Assembly: GCF_902713615.1 (NCBI RefSeq)
Contig: NC_052163.1
Span: 11,852,248-11,916,247 of the forward strand
Direction: 5' to 3'
DNA from: Scyliorhinus canicula
Lineage: Eukaryota
Length of the DNA stretch: 64,000 bases
Position 1 is the first letter of the stretch; every line of letters begins with the position of its first letter. Below, piece by piece: positions 39,101 to 51,800 of the stretch. A model generated the notes under the pieces. The model made no database searches, was not told the DNA's origin, and saw nothing but the letters and a program-made list of their open reading frames with translations. Both the position numbers and the translations under genes were made by a program.

Positions 39101-42100
39101 GGCGGTGAATGGAGAGCTGCCCCCCCACGGGCAGAGTGACTAGCGGAGAATGGAGAGCTGCCCCCCCCCCCCCACGGGCAGAGTGACTGGCGTGTGAATT
39201 GAGAGCTGCCCCCCCCCACGGGCAGAGTGACTGGCGTGTGAATGGAGAGCTGCCCCCACCCCCCCCCACGGGCAGAGTGACTGGCGTGTGAATGGAGAGC
39301 TGCCCCCCCCCCACGGGCAGAGTGACTAACGGAGAATGGAGAGCTGCCCCCCCCCCCCACGGGCAGAGTGACTGGCGTGTGAATGGAGAGCTGCCCCCCC
39401 CCCCCCCCCCCACGGGCAGAGTGACTGGCGTGTGAATGGAGAGCTGCCCCCCCCCCCCCCCCCCCACGGGCAGAGTGACTAGCGGTGAATGGAGAGCTGC
39501 CCCCCCCCCCCCCCACACAGGCAGAGTAAGTGGCGTGTGAATGGAGAGCTGCCCCCCCACGGGCAGAGTGACTGGCGTGTGAATGGGGAGCTGCCCCCCC
39601 CACGGGCAGAGTGACTGGCGTGTGAATGGCGAGCTGCCCCCCCCCCCCCCCCCCACGGGCAGAGTGACTAGCGGTGAATGGAGAGCTGCCCCCCCCCCCC
39701 CCCCCCCCACACAGGCAGAGTAAGTGGCGTGTGAATGGAGAGCTGCCCCCCACGGCAGAGTGACTGGCGTGTGAATGGGAGCTGCCCCCCCACGGGCAGA
39801 GTGACTGGCGTGTGAATGGCGAGCTGCCCCCCCCACGGGCAGAGTGACTGGCGTGTGAATGGAGAGCTGCCCCCCCCCCCCCCCCCCCCACGGGCAGAGT
39901 GACTGGCGGAGAATGGAGAGCTGCCCCAACACGGGCAGAGTGAGTGGCGTGTGAATGGCGAGCTGCCCCCCCCCACGGGCAGAGTGACTGGCGGAGATGG
40001 AGAGCTGCCCCCCCACGGGCAGAGTGACTGGCGTGTGAATGGGGAGCTGCCCCCCCCACGGGCAGAGTGAGTGGCGTGTGAATGGAGAGCTGCCCCCCCC
40101 CCCCCACGGGCAGAGTGACTGGCGGAGAATGGAGAGCTGCCCCCCCCCACGGGCAGAGTGACTGGCGTGTGAATGGAGAGCTGCCCCCCCACGGGCAGAG
40201 TGACTGGCGGAGAATGGAGAGCTGCCCCCCCCCCCACGGGCAGAGTGACTGGCGTGTGAATGGAGAGCTGCCCCCCCCCCCCACGGGCAGAGTGACTGGC
40301 GTGTGAATTGAGAGCTGCCCCCCCCCACGGGCAGAGTGACTGGCGTGTGAATGGAGAGCTGCCCCCACCCCCCCCCACGGGCAGAGTGACTGGCGTGTGA
40401 ATGGAGAGCTGCCCCCCCCCCCACGGGCAGAGTGACTAACGGAGAATGGAGAGCTGCCCCCCCCCCCCACGGGCAGAGTGACTGGCGTGTGAAGGGAGAG
40501 CTGCCCCCCCCCCCCCCCCACGGGCAGAGTGACTAGCGGTGAATGGAGAGCTGCCCCCCCCCCCACACAGGCAGAGTAAGTGGCGTGTGAATGGAGAGCT
40601 GCCCCCCCACGGGCAGAGTGACTGGCGTGTGAATGGGGAGCTGCCCCCCCCACGGGCAGAGTGACTGGCGTGTGAATGGCGAGCTGCCCCCCCCACGGGC
40701 AGAGTGACTGGCGTGTGAATGGAGAGCTGCCCCCCCCCCCCACGGGCAGAGTGACTGGCGGAGAATGGAGAGCTGCCCCCAACACGGGCAGAGTGAGTGG
40801 CGTGTGAATGGCGAGCTGCCCCCCCCACGGGCAGAGTGACTGGCGGAGAATGGAGAGCTGCCCCCCCCACGGGCAGAGTGACTGGCGTGTGAATGGGGAG
40901 CTGCCCCCCCCACGGGCAGAGTGAGTGGCGTGTGAATGGAGAGCTGCCCCCCCCCCCACGGGCAGAGTGACTGGCGGAGAATGGAGAGCTGCCCCCCCCC
41001 ACGGGCAGAGTGACTGGCGTGTGAATGGAGAGCTGCCCCCCCACGGGCAGAGTGACTGGCGGAGAATGGAGAGCTGCCCCCCCCCCCCACGGGCAGAGTG
41101 ACTGGCGTGTGAATGGAGAGCTGCCCCCCCCCCCCCCCCCCCCCACGGGCAGAGTGGTGAAACCAGCCCCAGATTTAGATCAAATGCCACCACATCCATT
41201 GAGAAGATGCAACCCTTCAAACTCGTTGGACACGTTAATGTCTCTGATCAGAAATGACAGCTCCCATTGTGGTAAGAGTGGGATGCAATGATTCACAAAC
41301 CTGTCCCGGTAAAGCGGACGATGTTCGAACACACCCTGTTCAGGAACGGCTGGTGGCCGGATTGTTCCGGAAGCTGGTTCTTCATCATTTTCAGCAGCAC
41401 AAGCAGGAAGAGACAGACCAGGCCTAGCACGAGGTCACCGATCCTGCAGCAAGGTGGAGGGCAAAGTAAAGCAATACATGGAAACTGAAACAGAAGGGCC
41501 ACCCAGCCCATCAAGGCTGTGCTAGCTCAAAACCCGTTTTCCTTCTATTCCATTATCACCTAATTTCCTCTTAAAAAGACAAAGATTGACTTGCGCTGTG
41601 GTAACATGCTCCATTTTATCAACTGAAAATAATTCTTCAACCTCCTGCTTAGCGTTTATGGTATTGTTACCGACTTAATTCGACCCCAGTTCCCCAGCAA
41701 CTGTTGGTGATTTACCACCAACCCCCCCCCCCCCCCCCCCCCAACATTGTAGTCAGTTTACCGGCACAAAGAGGCCTTTCAGCCCATCGTGTCTGGGCTA
41801 GCCATCGAGCACCCATTTTCCAGTACTTGGTCCTTGTATGCCATGCCGTTGAGATCGAAATGCTTCCCAAATGTTTCAGGTTCCCACCTCTACCAGCGAG
41901 TTCCAGGTTCCCACCTCCCTCTGGGTGAAAACATTTTTTCTTCAAATCCTCTGCCCCTCACTTTAATCTATGCCCCCTGGTTATTGACCCCTCTACTAAA
42001 GGGGCCCCTGCATAGTTTGTCAGTAAGCCCCTGCCGGCTAGCTCCGCCCACAGGGAGCAGTATAAATATCCATGAGGTCTCCCGAGCTGCCATTTTACAG

Positions 42101-45100
42101 CTCCACTTGAGGGAATAACATCTCACGGTAATAAAGCCTCTTTTGTACCGTTTCGTGTTTCCGTGTGCAATTGTTAGCGTATCGTTTCTCTGTTTTTTTA
42201 AAATTAAGTACTCACTCTCTCCTCCTCTCTCCTCCTCTCTCTCCTCCTCTCTCTCCTCCTCCTCTCTCTCCTCCTCTCTCCCCCCCCTCCCCCCCCCCCC
42301 CCCCCTCTCCTCCTGTCCCTGCACTTTCCATTTCAGGGCTTCCACTGTTTTTGAGGCCCATGTATCTGCCATAAGCCTCCCTTTTTTCCCTTATCCAATC
42401 AGGACTTCGACTCGTTGGTCCCACCCTTTTACAGGAAAATGTACTGTCTACTCCTCATAGCCAATACCCTCCAGACCAGGCAACATCCTGGTAAACCTCA
42501 TCTGTCCCCTCTCCAAATCACCCACATCCTTCTGGTCGTGTGGCAATATTCTAAGTGTGGCCTAACCAAGGTTCTGTACAGCTGCAGCATGACTTGCCAG
42601 TTTTCATACTCGATGCCCCGACCAATGAAGGCAAGCGTGCCGTATGCCTGCCTGACCACCTTCTCTACCAGTGTTGCCACTTTCCGTGATCTGTGTACTT
42701 GCAATCTCTCTGCCCGTCAATTCTCCCAAGAGTTCTGCCATTTACTGTATAATTCCCACCTGTATTAGACCTTTCCAGTATTATGCTCTCGGATTAGGGG
42801 GTGCTGGTTTTCTGCTCTCAGTCTGGGCAGCACATCTGATTTCAATCCCAATCACATCAACACAAGGTGAAAATTCAGGCAGCTCTTATAAATTCCCTCT
42901 CGGCAATTTAACGCCTGGCAGAGAGCGAGTTAGAAACACAACCCCCTTACCCCCTCCATGATATCACAAATGAATTTGACCCTACCTTTCCAGGCGCCTG
43001 GCACACCCCACATCACGATACAACACTGGGTGGGCATGCCCGTCTGTGGGAAACCCCTGCCTGATACCGAAGGACCGATTAAGGCAAAATGCTGTCATTT
43101 TAAAGGGATTGTGTGTTTTGTGGTGAATGTAATGTAGTAATTCACACTGTATTTACCAATACCATTGTAAGCGCAGTAGCGTTATCCGACCACTAGGGGG
43201 AGTAGCTCTGGGAATGCTCAGGAGTTTGTACAAGGCTCCACCCTTGGCTCCGCCCACGACTCCTCCCCCTTGACTGCTGTATAAATAACCGTGTCCAGGG
43301 CCAACCTGCAGTTCATCGAGAGTTCAACGGGTAACAGGCTGGCTCTGTAGTAAGTAGATTAAAACCACTGTTCATATCTTAAAACACGTGTCTCGTGAAT
43401 TGATGGTTCCATCACGTTTTTATGCTCAGCTCATAGGGCTGAACACACAGGCAGGTGGGGGACTGAGCTGCTCGAAATCCAGAGTGGGATAGGAGACAGA
43501 GGCGAACTGCTCGTTGTGGACGTGCCTTTGGCAATTACAGACAGTCTGGTTTCCTCAGGGAACCACTGCACTCAAATTGGGAGGCCCAACTCCTTAAGAG
43601 GCATTTTAGGGGTTAGTCAGTATTATAGAGAGAGGCCTGTCGGCCCATCGAGTCTGCACCAGCCCTTGGAAAGGGCACCCCACACCCCCATCCTATTCCC
43701 ATAATCCCATAACCCAGTAACCCCACCTAACCATTTTTGGACACTTAAGGGGCAATTTAGCATGGCCAATCCACCTAACCCGCACATCTTTGGACTGTGG
43801 GAGGAAACCGGAGCACCCGGAGGAAACCCACGCAGACACGGGGAGAGAACGTGCAGACTCTGCACAGACAGTGACCCAGCGGGGAATCGAACCTGGGACC
43901 CTCGAGCTGTGAAGCAACAGTGTTAACCACTGTGCTACCGTGCCGCCCTAGTAGAAACAGAAACTCTCTTAATCCAGTCGCGCTCGTTCTGTCTCCCTTT
44001 TCCTTGCTGCTCTTTGACTCGGATACTCTGTTGAGCCGGAACGTCCGGGATGGGAAGCGGGAAGAAGAGGATAACGTCCAGTTTCACTCCTTCCAGAGGG
44101 TGAGAAATGTCTGCATTCTGCACCTTCGTTACACAGGTGGCAGAGATACAGGACCTCTCCACATGGACACCCTCTGACCCGAGTGTCACGGCAACCAGTA
44201 AACAAGACAAGCCTCGACTGGGGAATCGGGGATTTCTTTCTCAAACCCTCACTCGACCAGAAATGCTGCAACTGAGGAAAAACGCAATTCCCTCCTCGTC
44301 TGTACATTCAGAGAATTGAACGGGACGCCTTCGGCCTGCATGGTGCAGTTAGTCACGGAGCCTCTGGAGTTTGTGACCATTGATAAAAGCTGGAATGCCT
44401 ACCTTGTCTCAGCAATGTTATGGAACGTGTAGTAAACTTCCCGGAAGAATTGGCGGGGAATGTCACAGAGGCCGAGGATATTCTGGATCAAACGACAAAG
44501 AGCGTCAGAATTAAAATTCAGATACAACGCAGCAAATCCCTGCCCAACCCCATCATCCCTCAGAACCACCTGACTGAACAGACTGGGCTGAGGCTTTGCG
44601 AATGCAGCAGCCTCACAGAACCCAAACAGTCTCTTTTTATAAATATTAATTCACGGGTTGCAGGTTACAGAGATTAACAGCAGCATTTATAACCCTTCGC
44701 TAACAGCCTGAGAGAGCGTGGCGATGCACTGTTGCCTTGAGCAACTACCAGTGTAGATAGTTACATCAAAGTTCGATGAAAAACAGTAGCTGGCTAGGCC
44801 ATTTCAGAGGTGGCAACTAAAGTCTGACAAATTTCCTTTCATTTTTTTTCTTAAAATTGAGAGTACCCAGGGCAGCATCTGGCGCAGTGGTTGGCACTGG
44901 GTTTGCGGCGCCGAGGACCCGGGTTCGAATCCTGGCCCTGGGTCACTGTCCGTGTGGGCCAAATCAAATAAACTGATGACAAATTAGAGAGTGACAGTCC
45001 CTCAAAGAGATGCTGCCTTAAACTAAAAAGCAAATCACAAAAACAAAAAACTTAAACATCAAGCCAGAACACCAGAACGTTATTAAGGGGAGGGGTGGGC

Positions 45101-48100
45101 AGCACGGTAGCATTGTGGATAACACAATTGCTTCACAGCTCCAGGGTCCCAGGTTCAATACCGGCTTGGGCCACTGTCTGTGCGGAGTCTGCACATCCTC
45201 CCCGTGTGTGCGTGGGTTTCCTCCGGGTGCTCCGGTTTCCCCCCCACAGTCCAAAGATGTGCAGGTTAGGTGGATTGGCCGTGATAAATTGCCCTTAGTG
45301 TCTAAAATTGCCCTTAGTTTTGGGTGGGGTTACTGGGTTATGGGGATGGGGTGGAGGTGTTGACCTTGGGTAGGGTGCTCTTTCCAAGAGCCGGTGCAGA
45401 CTCGATGGGCCGAATGGCCTCCTTCTGTACTGTAAATTCTATGATAAGGCACCCCCAGTCCTCGCGGTACCCACCGAGCACGGAAGGCCCCGATGGTGCC
45501 GGTGGATATTGTGCGCTCAGAGATACGCGGTACCAACAGTAGGCAGGCATTTCCTTTGTTCAGGTCTGGGCCAGTTGTTGATTAATTGACAAGTCAACAG
45601 CTTTATCATATTTCATGGGACTATCAGGATGGTGGGAACGGAGCTCATTAAAACTTTGATCTTTGCTTATTTAGTAGTCGTCATTTTAAGTCGTGAGCTC
45701 TCAATATTCACATTAACACTCAACCATCCTTCTCCAAAAGGCTCGACTCCAATTAACTTCCCATTTGCCTGGTAACTCCATCCATCTCCCCAATTGGACT
45801 CACACACAGCAAGTCATTCTCAAGCGTAGCTGGGATGAAGGAGGCGGCATTCCTTCCCATCACATTCTGCTGCTGTCCCCCCACCCCTCCAATCCCTTGC
45901 CTCCAATAGTTGTCCTCTCACTGCCTCTCGGCCAGTTATTGAGCGAGGAGATTGTTAAAGGGTCATTGAACAAAGCCAGCCGCACGTCTTGCTGCCTGCA
46001 CCAGGAAACCCTTGCATCCATTTCAAGAGCCCTTCTCACGGGAAAGTCTCTTAATCCTCTGAAATCCCATCAGCGTGTTCGCCCAAGCGAGCACTTGACC
46101 CGCTTTAGGGATGTCAAATGGAGTTACAAAGGCTTCACCGGGTCCACGAGGTACGAGAACCTTGACTTTTCCGACTGCTGCCATCGGGTTGGAGGCTCGA
46201 AACAAAGCAGGATTTGATTCTGGATTTCTGGATGGGGTGAGCAGTGGCAGAGTACTCCCAATGGAATTTGGGAGGAAGGGGAAACCAGGAGAAGCAAGGG
46301 ACAATCATAGCGTCCCAAGTCAAGTGGAATACTGGAGAGATTCACCTCTCCTCGTTTAGCACAGTGGGCTAAACAGCTGGCTTGCAATGCAGAACAATGC
46401 CAGCAGCGCGGGTTCGATTCCCGTAGAGGCCTCCCCGAACAGGCGCCGGAATGTGGCGACTAGGGGCTTTTCACAGTAACTTCATCGAAGCCTACTTGTG
46501 ACAATAAGCGATTATTATAAATAATTCTCCCCTCGTAAATGGGGAAAGTGAGAGAGAAACATTCACTGTAGTGACATTAATGTTATCTGAACTGATGGTA
46601 CTGGGACTAAAGTGAGAAATATAGAAATGTGTTTTTCTATTCCAATAATCATTTGGTAGTACTGAACTCTGCAGACGTTTCTCATCTTGCACCCATCAGG
46701 ATAACTTACAAAAACACCAATTGTAAAAAGGGAGCAACAATTTGTGCTGCACGAGAAGAGTGTGCTGATTGGTCAGCAAGTGGACTCTGATTGGTAGAGA
46801 CGTTGCCACGGAGACTGAATCAGAAAATGGCTGTTGCCTATTTTGCTTAGTTGAAAAGGTGCAATGAGTGTATATGTTCTGTCTGCAAAGCGCAGGGCCC
46901 TGTGCACGTGACTTCTAGCATGTGTAAATGAGCCACACTGCGTGCCCGACTGAATCTGTTCCCTTTACAGTTGGTATTTTTGTGAATTGCCCTGGTGAGT
47001 GCAAGTTGAAAAGCTTTGACGACATGTGCCTTTTTCAGACACTTTCTACTCTATTCGGATGCTGTTATTTTGTTTGACGGGAGCTACTGAGAGAATGCTC
47101 CCTCCCTCCTGCCATTCGAGAATAATATTGATAACGGGGCAAGTTCTCAAATCGGTAGACCCTCCCAAACTCCTGCCTCTCAAAACATTTCCCAGATAGG
47201 GTCCAGAGAGCAGGACAAATCAACACCAAACGAGAGACAGGGGCTGTTTCATACGGAATATTAACCTTGCTTTGCTTAGAAACACAAGTCAACATCGAAC
47301 AAAACCCACGGCCTCTTCATCGACTCGATGCTCACCTTCACTTGTCCAAAGCCAATGGTTAGAGCAGCAGAGGAAGTGAATCCCTTTATTACAGGATAGG
47401 AAATAAAATCAACCAGGAAACCTAGGGAGAAATGGGAATGGAATTATTTAACCATCTTAACCAGCAGCCTGATCTGGAGAGAGAACACACTGTCTCACCT
47501 CCGGAGTTTACAAACAGGAGCGAGCATTCAGGGAACAAGCGAAGATTAACGCACTCACTCGAGCCGAGCGATTAGGACAGACGCAAAGGCGAAGAGTCAA
47601 TGGGTGGACACCAGGCGGTTTGTAAGCATTTTTTGATTTTTCCGATTCAGGGGCAATTTAGGCAATCCACCCACCTTTGGGTTGTGGGGGTGAGACCCAC
47701 ACAGACACGGGAGAATCCTCACGGACAGTGTCCCATAGCCGGGATCGAACCCGGATCCTCGGCGCCGTGAGGCAGCAGTGCTAACAAGTTGTCCATTACA
47801 CCAGTATGATCAGGGGCAAGGCGAAATACAATGTAAACACTTGCATTTATAAAGCGCCTTTCACACCATTAGAATTCCCCACTGTGCTTCACAGTCAGAG
47901 GCAAGTGTAGCCGTTGTTGTATGAAGGAAACATGGAGGCGAGTCACCACACCACAGGGGCTGGTTTAGCTCACTGAGCTAAATCGCTGGCTTTTAAAGCA
48001 GACCAAGCAGGCCAGCAGCACGGTTCGATTCCCGTACCAGCCTCCCCGGACAGGCGCCGGAATGTGGCGACTAGGGGCTTTTCACAGTAACTTCATTGAA

Positions 48101-48786
48101 GCCTACTCGTGACAATAAGCGATTTTCATTTTTTTTTTTCCACACAGCAAGATCCCACAAATAACAATGTGGCGATAACCAGGTAATCTGTTCTGATCAA
48201 TGTCAACTCTGACACCAGGAAGAACTCTCCTGCTCTTTTGCAAATGGTACCACGGGTACGTTCATGTCCACTTGAAGGCAGACAGTGCCATGGCTGAACG
48301 CCTCCTCTGACAATGCAGCACTCCCTCAGTGTTGCACTGCAAGTGTTGACCCAGACCTTGTTTCTGGAGTGGGACCCGAACCCACAGCCTGCTGGACTCA
48401 GCCGAGTGAGACAGAACTGTGACCCAATGCTTGGGGTAGGGTGGGTCACAGCCTGCTGGACTCAGGCGAGTGAGACAGAGCTGTGACCCAATGCTTGGGG
48501 CAGGGTGGGTCACAGCCTGCTGGACTCAGCCGAGTGAGACAGAGCTGTGACCCAATGCTTGGGGCAGGGTGGGTCACAGCCTGCTGGACTCAGCCGAGTG
48601 AGACAGAGCTGTGACCCAATGCTTGGGGCAGGGTGGGTCACAGCCTGCTGGACTCAGCCGAGTGAGACAGAGCTGTGACCCAATGCTTGGGGCAGGGTGG
48701 GTCACAGCCTGCGATGTCGTTGCTCTGTCAGTCACCACCTCCCATCCCCAAGGAGAGATCATGGGGCAGCAATGGATTGAATTCAG

Positions 48787-48822
<36 letters not shown>

Positions 48823-51800
48823 CTTACCGAGATGCAGGATTCCCATTGCCAGTTGGATGCAGCCACAGAGGAAAGCCAGCAACACAGCGTACACCGGGTC
48901 ATGATAGGCATATGAAGCAACGAGGAGGGACATGATCGCTGTGGGACCCAGAGTGATGTCTTTGGAGGTACCAAGGAAGCAGTACACAAAACAGCCCATG
49001 AATGATGAATAAAGCCCATACTGCACAGAGAGAGAGAGAGATTTTATTCACAGAAAACATCCTTCCCTTCAGGCTGGCAATACAGGATAGAGGTCAGGAC
49101 AGTCGCAGGAGCATCGGGAGGCCATTCAGCCCATCAGGCCTGTCCCAATTTGCCACATCTGTTCTGCAGCTTAACTCCATCCTTACCATTACCACAAAAC
49201 AAAGCATAGTCTGAACTTTAATACAGCTGAATAAAAGTCTACTTACTCTCCTCCCCCTGCAATCCCAGCTCCTGTATAACTGAACACAGCCTCGAGAGTC
49301 ACCCTCCCACCCCAACCCCTACTCCTCCAGGTGCACCAGGCCTCTGTTGGACAGTGTTTTGTTGGTCCAGACTTTGCTCACAAGGCAGCCAACGAGCAAT
49401 CTCCGAGGGGTCTGCCCGAGAAAGGCAAAAGCGGAAACTTATAGAGACCACACGTACTTGTGTAAAAGTTGACTCATGACTTTCAGCTTTAGGAAAAAAA
49501 CGATTTTCAATGACCCAGTATAAAACCAAGAGGGATTTTCCGGGAAAAGTTTCAGAACCAAAGTTTAATCCTGGAAATGTAACCGAGATGATCAAATTGT
49601 AAACGTATAAATAATGAATCAAAGTAAACAAATAAATGTCAGGTAATGGATATGAAATGTGATTGCGACTGTCTTTTGTGATTTCACTTCGGCCCAATCA
49701 AGAACATTGGTCAACCTCGAAATCATTGTCCGTACAAAATTCAACCCGATTTTTGATTATGTCCTAGAAAGACTAGGCTCAAAAAGAAAAAAACCTTTTA
49801 CACAAGTGGATACAGTATTTATGGGATGCCACGGTCAGGGGACAGTTGTAAATATCAGGTCAGTGACCTTGATTTATGCATATTTCCACCCAGGCCCCTC
49901 TGCCAGGGCTCCTTCAGAATTGTACGTACTGTATCTGCATTTTTCTTGCCAAAGTGAGTCACTTCACACGTCTCTGCATTAAAATATCACAGAGAAATAC
50001 AGCAGTTTCTGCTTTGCAGGCGTTCACACGTCCCACACAAGTTTATTCTATTCAAATTATCTTTTGCCCCTGTCCCCATGTTCCCTTCTCCCTCAACAAT
50101 GTGATTTGTTCCAAGATTCCACGTGGCATCGGCACGCTAAGAAATTCCTCCCACATTCTTTATTTGATCTGTCAGCGCGCATCTTTTTTTCCCAAATTTA
50201 GAGTGCCCAATTCTATTTTTTTTTCCCAATTAAGGGGCAATTTAGCGTGGCCAATCCACCTACCCTGCACATCTTTGGGTTGTGGGGGTGTGAGACCCAT
50301 GCAAACACGGGGAGAATGTGCAAACTCCACACGGACAGTGACCCGGGGCCAGGATTGAACCCGGGTCCTCAGCGCCGTGAGGCAGCAATGCTAACCACTG
50401 TGCCACCGTGCCGCCCCGTCAGCGTGCATCCTGCGTGTTTATTACCTCGCTTTGTTCCAGAACACCCTCACCCGTCCAACAGTGTGTTTAGGTCCAAGTG
50501 TAAAATGAAATGAAATGAAATGAAAATCGCTTATTGTCACGAGTAGGCTTCAAATGAAGTTACTGTGAAAAGCCCCTAGTCGCCACATTCCGGCGCCTGT
50601 TCGGGGAGGCTGGTACGGGAATCGAACCGTGCTGCTGGCCTGCTTTCAAAGCCAGTGATTTAGCCCAGTGAGCTAAACCAGCCCCTTGGAGGGTGCCCCT
50701 GAATACCTCTTCAATCAGAATGACTAATCTGCCCGATGTGTACAAACAGAATTGTCATTGGTTTCACGGTGTAGCTCACGGTGCAGCTCACGGTGCAGCT
50801 CACGGTGCAGCTCACGGTGCAGCTCACGGTGCAGCTCACGGTGCAGCTCACGGTGCAGCTCACGGTGCAGCTCACGGTGCAGCTCACGGTGCAGCTCACG
50901 GTGCAGCTCACGGTGCAGCTCACGGTGCAGCTCACGGTGCAGCTCACGGTGCAGCTCACGGTGCAGCTCACGGTGCAGCTCAGAAACACTGGCTGGTGAG
51001 GCCATTCAAAGAGAAAACAGCAGCAAATGTCCAAATTATTAAACTTGTTTAATCTGAAATCAACACTGAACTATCAAAGGTAGACTTTCTACAGTAACTT
51101 TTGACAACCTCAGGACATCTCAAACCAGTTCTACGTAGTCACTGCTGTAATGTAGGAAATTTGGCAGCTATTTTGCACACAGCAAGATCCCACAATGTGA
51201 TACTGACCAACAATCTAAGACACTGGGGATTTCTTTAAAATAGTGCCTTTTGGGGCAGCACGGTGGCACAGTGGTTAGCAGTGTTGCCGACGGCGAGGAG
51301 GACCCGGGTTCGAATCCCGGCCCTGGGTCACTGTCCGTGTGGAGTTTGCACATTCTCCCCGTGTCTCCGTGTGTTTCACCCCCACAACCCAAAAGATGTG
51401 CATGGATTGGCCACGCTAAATTGCCCCCTAATTCGAAAAAAATAATTGGGTACTCTAAATTTATATTTTTTTTTTAAAAAAGTGCCTTGGGATCTTTTGT
51501 ACCCATCCCCCCGCCCCCACCACCCCCTCATCATCCCATCCAGACAGTGGCTCCAACAGCGCAATGCCCCCTCGGTACTGCACTGTGCAGTCCAGGCGCG
51601 AGGTTTGAATGTATGAGTGTGCGGCCAAGTTCCCCCAGAGCTCCAAAATGTGGCTGTTTCTTTCTCCACAGATGCTGAAGCATTTCTCGTTTTAAAAAAA
51701 AACATTGAAACCCCACCCCAAAAACCTTTTCCCCTCCCTCAAGAGCCGGCCTGGATTAATCCCATACGAGAGGTGCCTACCTGAACAGGGAGCCCAGCTA

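Noticed and set aside
37942-41220. 1092-aa Gly/His-rich ORF
   Set aside because: Minisatellite with variable homopolymer runs; frame-independent periodic peptide; intronic.
45700-46340. Possible coding exon or retroelement ORF
   Set aside because: Short overlapping ORFs with no motif I can recognise; not needed for the SLC26A11 frame.
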